Positions 48,082 to 58,170 of a stretch of DNA of 64,000 bases are shown here, one piece after another. Numbering within the stretch: position 1 is the first letter of the stretch; each line of letters starts with the position of its first letter. Below the pieces are notes generated by a model. That model ran no database searches and was not told the DNA's origin. It was given only the letters and a program-made list of their open reading frames with translations. A program made the translations under genes and the position numbers. The DNA is from a virus, in IMG/VR virus record IMGVR_UViG_3300000956_000003, positions 1 to 64,000 of that record. One strand, written 5' to 3'.

Positions 48082-49029
48082 ATGGCAAAAAAAGTAATTG
48101 ATTTCTTGAAGTCTTTAGCCGCTAAGGCAGGTGCGAATATGGAAGATGAAGCATTGAAAACGGCCTTTGCCGCAGTAAATGCTGATGCAGAATTGCCGGA
48201 TGAGCTTGTCACCGCAATTGATAACGGGCTGCTGTCTGTTGCCAATGCGAAGAACAACCACCCGGAGATTAAAAAGCACTATTTCGCCCAAGCATATAAC
48301 GGACTTGACAAAGAACTTGATGACTTTATTGCCGAAGAAAAACTCCCCGAAGAAATGGTTGCGGCCATTAAGGCCGAACAATCATCAACTAAACGCGCTA
48401 AACTGGTGGCCCTGAAGATCAAGGATCTACAACAGCAGAAAGCGAATGCCGGTAAGTCTGACAAGGAGGAACTGAATAAGCAGATAGCCGACCTGAATAA
48501 GGAACTGCGGGATATTAAGGACAAGGAGCAGAGTATTCATGCTGATTACAAAAAGCAGATCCAGGAGGTCAAAATGGGTCATGTTTTGGGTGGCTTACTC
48601 GGCTCTTACAAAACCGTCTTTGATGAACTCGATCCCGCTACGAAGGAAATTACTTTGAAGTCCATTATAAATAAGAATCTCGGAATCAAAAAGGCTCAAC
48701 TAAGCCTGGATGAGTCAGGTAACCTGGCTCTGATCGGTGCCGATGGTGCTAATGTATTCGGTGATGATCACCGGCCATTGACCCCGAAAGCCTTTCTGGA
48801 TTCTATAATGGCAAACGAAAAGATATTAAAGGTTACTGAAAACAGTAACAACAATTCTTCCAACAACGGCTCTAACGGGCAACACTTCAACGGCCAGCAA
48901 CGGCAACAGTTTAACAACGGCAACCAGAATCAAAATGGTAATGCCGGTAAAAAGAACACGGTCCTCGCCTCGCTATTACAGGAGAGTCAAACAGCTCTTG
49001 ACCTGGCGGGTAAATCACCTGTTCTGTAA
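48082..49029 (+). CDS. scaffolding protein (putative)
   Basis: Helical charged coiled-coil-like protein with Q/N-rich tail, immediately upstream of the capsid candidate. Confidence 0.4.
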   Translation: MAKKVIDFLKSLAAKAGANMEDEALKTAFAAVNADAELPDELVTAIDNGLLSVANAKNNHPEIKKHYFAQAYNGLDKELDDFIAEEKLPEEMVAAIKAEQSSTKRAKLVALKIKDLQQQKANAGKSDKEELNKQIADLNKELRDIKDKEQSIHADYKKQIQEVKMGHVLGGLLGSYKTVFDELDPATKEITLKSIINKNLGIKKAQLSLDESGNLALIGADGANVFGDDHRPLTPKAFLDSIMANEKILKVTENSNNNSSNNGSNGQHFNGQQRQQFNNGNQNQNGNAGKKNTVLASLLQESQTALDLAGKSPVL

Positions 49030-49060
49030 CAATCTTTTTTAACTCATAACTCTTTTAATT

Positions 49061-50191
49061 ATGGCCACCGGATTTTGTCCGAGCCTGCTTTATCATATAA
49101 ATGAGATAGCGGGCGAAAATGCTCCTGCGCGTAAGATGCACGTTGCCGGTTTTCTTGCTATGTTGTTCTGTTGCCAGAACAGCTCAGTATCACCCCTTAA
49201 TGATCCTTTTGCAAACGGTCACCAACGCGGATTGCAAATAAAATACAGGCGCCGGCCAGTGCTTGGCGATGTGCAGGATGAAGACAATTGCGATATCAAC
49301 ACGCAACCGGGATACCTGGAATGGACAATCCCAACCCTTTTACACCGTCAGGTTTCTTTTCATATATCGGACGATCTGATCAGCCGGTATTGCGAAGATG
49401 CAAGCCGTATGCGCGCAACAGGCGCTCCTCCCACTCAGGTAATGATGGAAGTATATGACCTGATCATTGAACACGCTAACATCTTGATGCGGGCCATCAA
49501 CCGTGCAGTTGTTACCTCACAAGCTACCGAATTCGGGGTTAACGTAACCACTGGTAGCGATACCGGTAAGGTGATCAATATACCTCGTAATGGCAATGAT
49601 TTTGTTTTGGATAACGGTATCATAGACATGATGCAGGATATCCAGGAGAACGAAATCTGCGGTGATCCTTGTATTGTCGGTGGTGGTATTTATGCCGCTT
49701 ACGACAAAGCCCGGGCCATTGCCTGCTGTAATGCCGCAGGAATTGATCTGTCCCGCACCGGTGTTCCGAACTTCTTCTTTGACAAGGATACCCAGTCGAT
49801 TTGGGGTACCAATTCAATCGGCCTCTTTGCGCCTGGTAGCGTGAAGTTCATTAGCCGTAACAAATTCGTTCGTGGATTTGCCGGCCAGAAGGGTACCAGC
49901 TTCTTCACAACACTCCCATTGCCGGTTCAGGAATTTGGTTGCGCTGACGATTGTCTCCGCGACCTGGTACTTGACATGCAATTGAAATACTTCGATTGCC
50001 CGACCGATGACGGTAATGGCGGAACCATTGAGCGCGGATGGCAGGTAATTCTGTCTAAGGATTTCGCACTGTGGACACAACCTACCGATGCCTTCCAGGC
50101 AACCGATGAACTGTTCGAAACCAATGGAACGCTGAAATACTTTGTAGCAAATACAAGCTATGGCGGCGATTCATACGCATACGCATTCTAA
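49061..50191 (+). CDS. major capsid protein (putative)
   Basis: 376 aa ORF following the scaffold-like gene; synteny only. Confidence 0.45.
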   Translation: MATGFCPSLLYHINEIAGENAPARKMHVAGFLAMLFCCQNSSVSPLNDPFANGHQRGLQIKYRRRPVLGDVQDEDNCDINTQPGYLEWTIPTLLHRQVSFHISDDLISRYCEDASRMRATGAPPTQVMMEVYDLIIEHANILMRAINRAVVTSQATEFGVNVTTGSDTGKVINIPRNGNDFVLDNGIIDMMQDIQENEICGDPCIVGGGIYAAYDKARAIACCNAAGIDLSRTGVPNFFFDKDTQSIWGTNSIGLFAPGSVKFISRNKFVRGFAGQKGTSFFTTLPLPVQEFGCADDCLRDLVLDMQLKYFDCPTDDGNGGTIERGWQVILSKDFALWTQPTDAFQATDELFETNGTLKYFVANTSYGGDSYAYAF

Positions 50192-50221
50192 AATTAACGG
50201 GGGATTCGTCCCCCTTTAAAT

Positions 50222-50734
50222 ATGCTTACCTGTTTCGTTGACTATATAGGCCTGCAGAATTGTGGTGGCGTTTACGAGGAATCTGAAAGCGGTCTATATA
50301 TCAATTCACTGCCGGGCATTAGCCTTGAATCCATTGATAAAATTGCCGACGCAGAGCAGATAACATACAAAGGTGTATGGGATGATGTTCAGACAGAGGC
50401 AATGGTCAGATTCAAAATTGATTTTATCACCGAGGTAACGAAGTGCTATAAGATCAACAAAGAATGTGATTACGAGGCTATAGCATGCGAGAATAAAGAA
50501 ACATTGGTAAATGCCTGGCGGTATCTGTTAGGCAACCAGTTGATGTTATTCCGACTGCACACTACTCGGTTAAACAGGTTCACGACCATTGATAAGGATA
50601 GCGCAGTTGAGCTGCGGGATTTTTATCAGGTGGAATACGAAAAAGCATTAACCCAGGCAGTAAAGCTAATTGATGTTTCTAGCTGCTGCATGGAATGTGG
50701 AGGCAACCCAGAAATTGTTTATTTCCTGCCCTAA
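50222..50734 (+). CDS. hypothetical virion protein (connector/completion candidate)
   Basis: late-operon position. Confidence 0.35.
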   Translation: MLTCFVDYIGLQNCGGVYEESESGLYINSLPGISLESIDKIADAEQITYKGVWDDVQTEAMVRFKIDFITEVTKCYKINKECDYEAIACENKETLVNAWRYLLGNQLMLFRLHTTRLNRFTTIDKDSAVELRDFYQVEYEKALTQAVKLIDVSSCCMECGGNPEIVYFLP

Positions 50735-51189
50735 TGGCTTCGATCAAACTAAATACAAATCTCCAAACTGTGACCGGTGATATCCGGGCGCGGATTGAAA
50801 AGCTAAAGGATAAGGATTACCTCCTGCGGCCGGTTTGCTTTGATCTGATTGATATAATGACCAAACGGATTCACAACAATGGCATTGCCAGCGATGGGGC
50901 GCCGATTGGAATCTATAGCAAAAGCTATTTGAAATTAAGGCAGGCGAAATATAAAAGGGATTCAGACCCTAAAACAATTGTTTCCCTCACTCGGCAGCTT
51001 GAAAACGATTGGTCTGTAATTGCTACACCAAAAGGCTATGGAATTGGATTTCTCAACGAATTCAATTTAAAAAAAGCCCGGTACGTGGAGCAAATAAAGG
51101 ATCGAATCATATTCAATCTAACAATGGAAGAAAATCAATATGCGATTGATCTTTTTAATGATCTGACAAACAAGGCGCTGAATGATTGA
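50734..51189 (+). CDS. hypothetical virion protein
   Basis: ATG 50734 preferred over tracked 50695. Confidence 0.35.
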   Translation: MASIKLNTNLQTVTGDIRARIEKLKDKDYLLRPVCFDLIDIMTKRIHNNGIASDGAPIGIYSKSYLKLRQAKYKRDSDPKTIVSLTRQLENDWSVIATPKGYGIGFLNEFNLKKARYVEQIKDRIIFNLTMEENQYAIDLFNDLTNKALND

Positions 51190-51730
51190 GGATATCATTG
51201 ACATATTGAATGGTTCGCTGACTGGCCTGCACAGGGATGAAAAACTTTATAGCTTGGCACAATCGGTTATCAGAAAACAGGGCACCGAAATAGAGTTGCT
51301 CCCCGGCTTGATTGATAAAACAGGAGAAGTTCAATATGTGGGTATCGATGATGTTTCGACATTTATTCTTTACCACAAGTTGAATACGCTTTCGACAACG
51401 GCCAAGAATAACGGCCATGGCGATAAGCCCGGGGATCTGGTTAGTACCTACGGCCTTTCAATGATTATCTATTGGGACCGCAAAAGACTGAACAAGATGC
51501 CCGATGAATTACTCATGCTGTTTCATGCCCGGTTACCCCAGCTGATAACCAATATTCCGGATGTGAAAATGACGAAGATAAAAACGGGTAACGCGAATTT
51601 CAGCAGCCTGCAGGTGTATAACCAGGAGTATCAAGGAGCATCTTTTAATCTGCCGCCCAATGTGAATCTTATCAATTTGAATTACACAATCGAAATGACT
51701 TTTAACCCGGCCTGTTTGCCAACATGCTAA
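51182..51730 (+). CDS. hypothetical virion protein
   Basis: late-operon position. Confidence 0.35.
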   Translation: MIEDIIDILNGSLTGLHRDEKLYSLAQSVIRKQGTEIELLPGLIDKTGEVQYVGIDDVSTFILYHKLNTLSTTAKNNGHGDKPGDLVSTYGLSMIIYWDRKRLNKMPDELLMLFHARLPQLITNIPDVKMTKIKTGNANFSSLQVYNQEYQGASFNLPPNVNLINLNYTIEMTFNPACLPTC

Positions 51731-51751
51731 CGGGCCTCAAATAAAAATACT

Positions 51752-52312
51752 ATGGCATACGCTGTTTATTATCCCTCCGGCTGCGGAACATCGGTTCCCG
51801 ACCATTACTGTAATCCATGCGAAACCCTGGAACATGGAAGAATTCGATCAGTGGCATTTATTGCCAGTGATTTTGAGTTTACCGATCCCTCTGATCCCGA
51901 TGAATGGGAAGCCGGCATTGCAGCTAAGAAAATCATTGTCATTCCTGAAGTAAACGGAACATTTGACGGTGGATCAGAAGTTGAAACGGCTGGTTACGGT
52001 GATCAGCAAACAAAACTTGTTGGTTATAACTTCCAATCAACCTTCAATGATCCGAACTACAAGCTGAACGCGGATTTCTATAATGCAGTGAAACTATCCC
52101 GTAATTACAGGTACGCATACAGAACGGAAACCCAGGTGCATTTGACCACCAACACCGTTTCCATTATACCAAAAAACCCAGTGACCGAGGATCTTACATC
52201 TGAGGTTGTATGGAATGTTCTGGTAAAATGGTCGGAAGGGGATTTGCCCGTGCCTTACGATATGCCTACCGGAATATTTACGTGTTTCGACTATAGCGGC
52301 GTAATCGTTTAA
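51752..52312 (+). CDS. hypothetical virion protein (tail tube candidate)
   Basis: position upstream of the fibre/tailspike-like gene. Confidence 0.3.
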   Translation: MAYAVYYPSGCGTSVPDHYCNPCETLEHGRIRSVAFIASDFEFTDPSDPDEWEAGIAAKKIIVIPEVNGTFDGGSEVETAGYGDQQTKLVGYNFQSTFNDPNYKLNADFYNAVKLSRNYRYAYRTETQVHLTTNTVSIIPKNPVTEDLTSEVVWNVLVKWSEGDLPVPYDMPTGIFTCFDYSGVIV

Positions 52313-52366
52313 TCGGGATAGCCCGAATCAGTTATATAACTAAGGCGGGCGACCGCCTTTTAATTT

Positions 52367-55300
52367 TTGTATATGATCCGATTCATTTTTTTATTGATAT
52401 TAATCATCCCAACAATCTGCTTTTCCCAATCGGTTCTACCGCTTCGTGCGGATACTGTGCGGATTGAAAAAATAAATGGTTCTGCGGAGCTTCATTTAAG
52501 GAATGCTACTAGGGATAGCCTTGGGGTATTAACCAATATCGGCAATGGTCGCACCAGATTTTTGAAATCAAGGAAATCGGGTGACACTGTTTTTGTGGGA
52601 AAGGATACGATAATAGTTCCACAATTCACCCCAACCAACTTCGGATCGTACTATCGGCTATTCGTGCCGCCCAATAAATGGCGTACGCTGCGATCACCTT
52701 CGGATTGGCTTGTATTGGATACGGCCGGCACAGATGAAATGAGATTGATTATAGCTCCACAGGTCGGGTATGGATTGAACGTTGATTTCTTTGATGTCAT
52801 CCATGCCGATACCACGGAACTGGCAACGCAGTACGATTTAACGCAGATAAGTGGCGGCGGCTCCGGCGGTCCGGACTCCACCTTTTATAAACTCTCCTGG
52901 ACAGACGTAGAAAAATTTGGCGCCAAGCCGGACGGCGTTGAAGATTCTACCGGTAATATAACCGCCACATCAGCAACATTTACATCTTCGACCGCGAATT
53001 TCACAGCTGCCGATATAGGAAAGTACATAGCGGTTGGCGGCGCTGGTGCTGCGGGGGCAGAGCTTATTACAACGATCTCAGGGTTCACCAATAGCACAAC
53101 CGTAACACTCACGGCATCAGCCGGAACAACCGTTACTGATGCACGGTATCGGTATGGCACTAACAATACGGCCGCAATTCAGAACGCTATAAACTCCCTC
53201 GCGGATAGTTCAGCGGGTACATTGTATTTCCACCCTGGTAAATATTTTGTAACCGATCCACCCGTTACAGATGTTGACGGGTACAACCCTAATAGTGTAT
53301 TGTATATTCCACATTCTCCATACGCGCCATCTGCTAACCAGAAATCTATTCGGCTGTTAGGTTCTACGCCGCCGAACTTATTTATAGATTTTGCCAGTGG
53401 CCAGGCTGCTCCTGATGCTGGTACAGTGATTATGGCATTGCGCAATGATAGTGCAGCCTCTTTATTAGGCACAGTTGCCGACACAGCGCTGTATGGGATA
53501 TTTAATTGGAGAATGTGTTATTTGGAAAATCTGACGCTAAGAACAAAGTCAGACGACCAGGTAACTGATAAGAAGGCGCTGATGTCAGGTATCAATTTCG
53601 GACGACAAAACTTTGTTGTTATGAATAATGTTCGTGTGCAAACGACAAGTGCAACCGAAAATAGTGTGAAGCCGGACTCTTTATCGTATGGCATTTATCT
53701 TCCGATCGTCAACAATGGCGGGAACAACCATGTAGAAAATGTACTTGTTCAGGGGTACGGTATTGGCTTTAAGGTGAGCGAAAATACGTATGGAAATAAA
53801 CTTACTATATCATCGTGCAATATAGCATTGCAGATAGACAGTAGCCTTCACGCACTTGAATTTGGAAGAATACTAACGACGTGGTGTCCCACCAAACTGA
53901 AGGTTACCGGGACGTCATATTTCAGCATCAAGCAATACGATATTGAACATTATAGTATTGGATCATATTGGTTCAACGATGTGGTGGATTTGGACGAAAG
54001 GTTAGCGTATAATTCAATAGGTGATATAACATACTTTATTCAATTAGCTTATGGTGGACAGTCGATAAATACGTTCACCCGGACAGGTAATTATATGACT
54101 TCTGGAATAAAAGCTAATCCAATCGGTGGGGTTGTGTCTCACAATTTTGTGAACGCCACAAATCAGGAAGTTCGTATCGGATCAATGAAGGGCGCAGACG
54201 GCAGTTTTATGTTGATCACCGACGGTACGGGACAAACTAGTAATAACCTCGCATTTGGAGGCGTGAAAAAAAGATCATTTGGAATTGGATTAGCAGGCAC
54301 AGGCATAAATGATCATTTTACTTACAATGTCGCTACCGGACGGGTCAATCAATATATTGATGTGGACGATAATCAATATTTCGGTGGAGCGCAGGCGCAT
54401 ATTACGCCTCAACTATCATTATTACGTGCCGATAGTTCTGCAATATTCGCAGGACAGGCAACGTTCAACGCAGGCTCGATGATCTTTACAAGACAAAGCG
54501 GAACTTTTCCAACATTTTATTACGGCAACCTGGCGGGGGCTAGTAACGCAAAATGGGCTGATTGGTACAATTCGGGTACCGTTATATCTCACCGGTGGTT
54601 AACAGACGCCCTTGCTGGTCCTGTTGAATTCTTTAAAGCAACAAGAGGCGGGGATGTGGAATTCCCGTCTGGCAATGTCGCTACAGCGGGTAATCTGTCG
54701 ATCGGGTCAACCACTACAACAGATGCCAGGTTGAAGGTTGAAAACAATACCAATGCGGCCAATCTGACTTTGTTCAAAAATACGGATGCCGGATCAGGAG
54801 CAAGCGTAATGAACCAGTTTCAGAATAATGCGGGATCGGTGTATATGTACCTATCCTCATCAACTTCCGCGCTGTCAAATGAATTTTTGATTCAACAAAC
54901 GATTGGTAATATCCGTATGTACACGGGAGCGGGTGAAGTTGTCCGGATAACATCTGGCGGAAAATTTAGGATAACGGCTACTCCGGATAGCGGTGCAGCT
55001 ACCGGTGGTTATCTATATAGAGATTTTGCAACAGGCGATGTAAGGTTAGGGCCAGGCGCGAGTGGGGCGGATGGCAACGGCATTTACACTGGCAATGGAT
55101 CATTATCAGGTAGTACAACTATAACCGGTGCAGGCAACACGCTAACAATGACCGGCACCCAATCATCCCTGTATGCTTTTAATGTGACCAATACGGGAAA
55201 TGGTGGTGCAGGATCCTTTGCCACCAACGGAACAGGCTCTGCTCTAACGGGTGCTAACAGTTCGTCGGGTAATGGCGTACTGGCAACCTCTTCTTCCGGT

Positions 55301-56014
55301 AATGGTATCAGCGCTACGAGCGTATCGAGCATTGCCGGGCGATTTAAGATCACGCCGACATCGACCAATACCGTAGTGCATGTTTTCCGTACAATACGCG
55401 GCAGTAGCAACACAATGGCAGCAGGTGGCGGCGGTGGTTGGGATATGCAGGTAACCGACGATGCCGGTAATGATGTTAGCGGGGCATCTATAGCGCCCGT
55501 ACTTACCTCTGCTGCAACCGGGGCAACAACTACCGATATACAAATGGAAACCACAAATAGTGGATCAAAGACGCTGAAGTTTACGCTGAAGGGCAATGGT
55601 CAGCAACGACTGCACGCATACACAACAGGCGCATTCGCTGGCACACCAACAGACGTATTAGCGTCGGACGCAAGTGGTAATGTTGTTCAAGCCACACCTA
55701 CACAATTAAATGCGCTCATGGCTATGTCTGTAGTTGCCGCCGATCCGGACAACTGGAATGCAGCAGTAAGTACATTCACAACCTTACCCAGCCTGGCAGG
55801 CGCAGGAGGTAGCAAGACGGTTACGCTGCCTTCTGCGGCCAGTAATACTGGTAAGACTATAATCCTGCACAACGTAAACGCCGATGCGAATCTGTGGTCG
55901 TTCGCTGCCGCGATAACCTTGGCGAACGGAACAACTACCACAACTTTTGGGAATCAAACGCTAAAAACATTATTAAGTAATGGGTCTGTATGGATACAAA
56001 TTTCAAGTCAATAA
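52367..56014 (+). CDS. tailspike/depolymerase-like beta-helix protein (pectate-lyase fold) with Sec-type signal peptide
   Basis: N-terminus MYMIRFIFLLILIIPTICFSQS; FGAKPDGVEDSTGN...NTAAIQNAIN matches the Pectate_lyase_3 N-terminal signature; 1215 aa, S/T/G/N-rich. Confidence 0.55.
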   Translation: MYMIRFIFLLILIIPTICFSQSVLPLRADTVRIEKINGSAELHLRNATRDSLGVLTNIGNGRTRFLKSRKSGDTVFVGKDTIIVPQFTPTNFGSYYRLFVPPNKWRTLRSPSDWLVLDTAGTDEMRLIIAPQVGYGLNVDFFDVIHADTTELATQYDLTQISGGGSGGPDSTFYKLSWTDVEKFGAKPDGVEDSTGNITATSATFTSSTANFTAADIGKYIAVGGAGAAGAELITTISGFTNSTTVTLTASAGTTVTDARYRYGTNNTAAIQNAINSLADSSAGTLYFHPGKYFVTDPPVTDVDGYNPNSVLYIPHSPYAPSANQKSIRLLGSTPPNLFIDFASGQAAPDAGTVIMALRNDSAASLLGTVADTALYGIFNWRMCYLENLTLRTKSDDQVTDKKALMSGINFGRQNFVVMNNVRVQTTSATENSVKPDSLSYGIYLPIVNNGGNNHVENVLVQGYGIGFKVSENTYGNKLTISSCNIALQIDSSLHALEFGRILTTWCPTKLKVTGTSYFSIKQYDIEHYSIGSYWFNDVVDLDERLAYNSIGDITYFIQLAYGGQSINTFTRTGNYMTSGIKANPIGGVVSHNFVNATNQEVRIGSMKGADGSFMLITDGTGQTSNNLAFGGVKKRSFGIGLAGTGINDHFTYNVATGRVNQYIDVDDNQYFGGAQAHITPQLSLLRADSSAIFAGQATFNAGSMIFTRQSGTFPTFYYGNLAGASNAKWADWYNSGTVISHRWLTDALAGPVEFFKATRGGDVEFPSGNVATAGNLSIGSTTTTDARLKVENNTNAANLTLFKNTDAGSGASVMNQFQNNAGSVYMYLSSSTSALSNEFLIQQTIGNIRMYTGAGEVVRITSGGKFRITATPDSGAATGGYLYRDFATGDVRLGPGASGADGNGIYTGNGSLSGSTTITGAGNTLTMTGTQSSLYAFNVTNTGNGGAGSFATNGTGSALTGANSSSGNGVLATSSSGNGISATSVSSIAGRFKITPTSTNTVVHVFRTIRGSSNTMAAGGGGGWDMQVTDDAGNDVSGASIAPVLTSAATGATTTDIQMETTNSGSKTLKFTLKGNGQQRLHAYTTGAFAGTPTDVLASDASGNVVQATPTQLNALMAMSVVAADPDNWNAAVSTFTTLPSLAGAGGSKTVTLPSAASNTGKTIILHNVNADANLWSFAAAITLANGTTTTTFGNQTLKTLLSNGSVWIQISSQ

Positions 56015-56021
56015 GATAACG

Positions 56022-57296
56022 ATGAAAAAACTACTTCTTTTTTTACTACTCATACCAGCCCTGCTGACTGCCCAGCGTGTGGATTACTATCCCAAAAGGG
56101 ACAGCACTTGGAAGGTAGTCCGGACCGTGGGCTTTGCCGTCTTACTTCCCGACAATTACAATACCAGTAAAAAATGGCCGTTTAAAATCGCTATTCACGG
56201 CATCGGGGAAAGAAGCGCCGGAACAATGGATAATCTGAAAAATCTGGTGTTAGGGTTCGACTATAACAATGATGGTTTCCGCGAAGGATCAGGCCTTGTA
56301 ACCGATGATATGAAGAAGGCGGTTAACATGTACGGTATCGTGCTGGTAATTCCCACTTACGAATCAACGGAGTTTTTTGAACCTGCACTGGTTAACTATG
56401 TGTATGATTTTATGCAGGCTAACTATTCAATAGTGCCTAAAATGTTTCTTACGGGCTTCTCATACGGCGGCGGGGCTGTTACAAAATACATAACCAGCAG
56501 CACGGCTAATGCCAGTAGGGTCGCGTATGCGGTCCCGTGTGCGCCCGTGAATTCCATTGTTACGGCCTCCATTCCGGGGCAATTTAAAATACCGGTGCAT
56601 TTTTTCGTCAACGATAACGATAATAACGGATCCACCAATTTGAATGTGACAAAGAATATGGTGAACGCTTTAAACGCAAGCAATCCAACTATACCAGCTA
56701 TTTACACAGCGTTTCGAAAGGACGGCCACGGAGGAAATGTAGAGGCATGGTCCTTAACGCCGCCCAAAGCACCAGGCGGGCAAGGCTTCACAGACGCGGC
56801 AGAAAACGTGTATCAGGTTTACCTCGATATACTGGCCAATGGTCCGCGGCAAATGAAATCAGGATCGGCTGTTATTGTTCAACCCCCGCCGCCTACCACA
56901 ATCACGACTAAAGCAATTGTCTCATTCACACTTACAGGCAACATAGTCCGGTTGGATGGTTCAAAATCTACCGGATACACAACTGGCCTTGATGGTGTGT
57001 GGGAGCTGGCAAACGCACCTGCGGGGCTATACGGTTGGGATGTTTTCCTTAAAGGTTCCAGCTATATAGTGGCAGATGCCACATTAACGAAACCCGGCGC
57101 CTATTCCTTCCGATTTAAATTGAAAGGAGATCCGGAGGTGAAGACGGTGGACATTAACTACGGGAAAACGTTCGTGGCATTTGATTCAGCAACAGACCTG
57201 ATTACATATAGCGACGGCACGACGCAGAAGGGAACGGCATTTTATTCTAACGGGAAGTGGGTGGTTAAAACAGATACAGGAACTATCATTCAATAA
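56022..57296 (+). CDS. secreted alpha/beta-hydrolase esterase
   Basis: Signal peptide MKKLLLFLLLIPALLTAQ; IHGIGERS and the GFSYGGG nucleophile elbow (GxSxG); beta-rich C-terminal domain. Confidence 0.55.
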   Translation: MKKLLLFLLLIPALLTAQRVDYYPKRDSTWKVVRTVGFAVLLPDNYNTSKKWPFKIAIHGIGERSAGTMDNLKNLVLGFDYNNDGFREGSGLVTDDMKKAVNMYGIVLVIPTYESTEFFEPALVNYVYDFMQANYSIVPKMFLTGFSYGGGAVTKYITSSTANASRVAYAVPCAPVNSIVTASIPGQFKIPVHFFVNDNDNNGSTNLNVTKNMVNALNASNPTIPAIYTAFRKDGHGGNVEAWSLTPPKAPGGQGFTDAAENVYQVYLDILANGPRQMKSGSAVIVQPPPPTTITTKAIVSFTLTGNIVRLDGSKSTGYTTGLDGVWELANAPAGLYGWDVFLKGSSYIVADATLTKPGAYSFRFKLKGDPEVKTVDINYGKTFVAFDSATDLITYSDGTTQKGTAFYSNGKWVVKTDTGTIIQ

Positions 57297-57307
57297 AAAA
57301 ATACTTT

Positions 57308-57724
57308 ATGTGGCAACTATATCTTACCTGCACAGCCATCGCACTTATAGGCATGGCATTACAGGTCGCCTTAAAATTAAAATCATTGCAGGAAAAGGCG
57401 GCCGTTTCCAATGCGGAGTTTAATGTAGGGATGTACTTTAAGTATGACTGGGTATCCCTGTTATGCTCTGTATTGACCATTGCATTATTTCTTTTTTTCC
57501 TAAAGGATGCGGTTGAAAAATACCCGAACCTGCTTATTATAAAATTACTATTCGGATTCATTGGTTATACCGGCGCTGATGTGGCAAGCAGGTTGTTTAG
57601 CGTGGTCAACAAACGATTGAACCACATTATTGATCTGAAGACAAATGTATCTGATAAGGTAAGCCCATCGGCGGCACCGCAGTCGGTAGATACTAAGGCA
57701 AGCACGGGTGGAAAAACAGTTTAA
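57308..57724 (+). CDS. 3-TM membrane protein
   Basis: three hydrophobic helices. Confidence 0.4.
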   Translation: MWQLYLTCTAIALIGMALQVALKLKSLQEKAAVSNAEFNVGMYFKYDWVSLLCSVLTIALFLFFLKDAVEKYPNLLIIKLLFGFIGYTGADVASRLFSVVNKRLNHIIDLKTNVSDKVSPSAAPQSVDTKASTGGKTV

Positions 57725-57832
57725 AATGTGCATAATGAGCATTGATAAATCAACAACTCACAACCATTATTATGGTTGTGATCCAACTATTTCGGACAAA
57801 CTAAATTTTTTAATTCAACAAAACACAAAAAT

Positions 57833-58052
57833 TATGGCAGACTTAACAAAACTTGAACAGGAAGTTTCTGAAAACAAAACGGTAATGCAATCGGCTGTTA
57901 CTCTTTTACAGGGACTGAAACAGAAACTCGATGAAGCCGGTACCGATGCGGTTAAATTGAAACAGCTCAGCGATGAACTGGACAGCAATACGAATGCTTT
58001 GGCAGAAGCAGTTTCGGCAAACACGCCAGCTGAAGGTCAACCTACTGAGTAG
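57833..58052 (+). CDS. small coiled-coil protein
   Basis: ATG 57833 (MADLTKLEQE) inside the tracked 57708 ORF. Confidence 0.3.
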
Positions 58053-58060
58053 GCTTTTTT
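58041..58060 (+). terminator. rho-independent terminator
   Basis: CCTAC-TGA-GTAGG then C + T6, overlapping the stop codon. Confidence 0.45.
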
Positions 58061-58076
58061 CTTAGTATTATCCATA

Positions 58077-58106
58077 TGGCCGCTGCAGAAATGTGGCGGC
58101 CCATTT
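58077..58106 (+). terminator. second terminator-like hairpin
   Basis: GGCCGC-(11 nt)-GCGGCC then CATTTTAAAA. Confidence 0.4.
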
Positions 58107-58170
58107 TAAAACCTCCAATAACACCATGAATTACCATCGCCCCTAAATACATAAGTAAGGAGCGAATCGT

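Noticed and set aside
52651-55941. Minus-strand ORFs inside the 1215-aa beta-helix gene (52885..53166, 53179..53484, 55084..55596, 55244..55543, 55687..55941)
   Set aside because: Shadow ORFs of a long S/T/G-rich gene; no independent start context.
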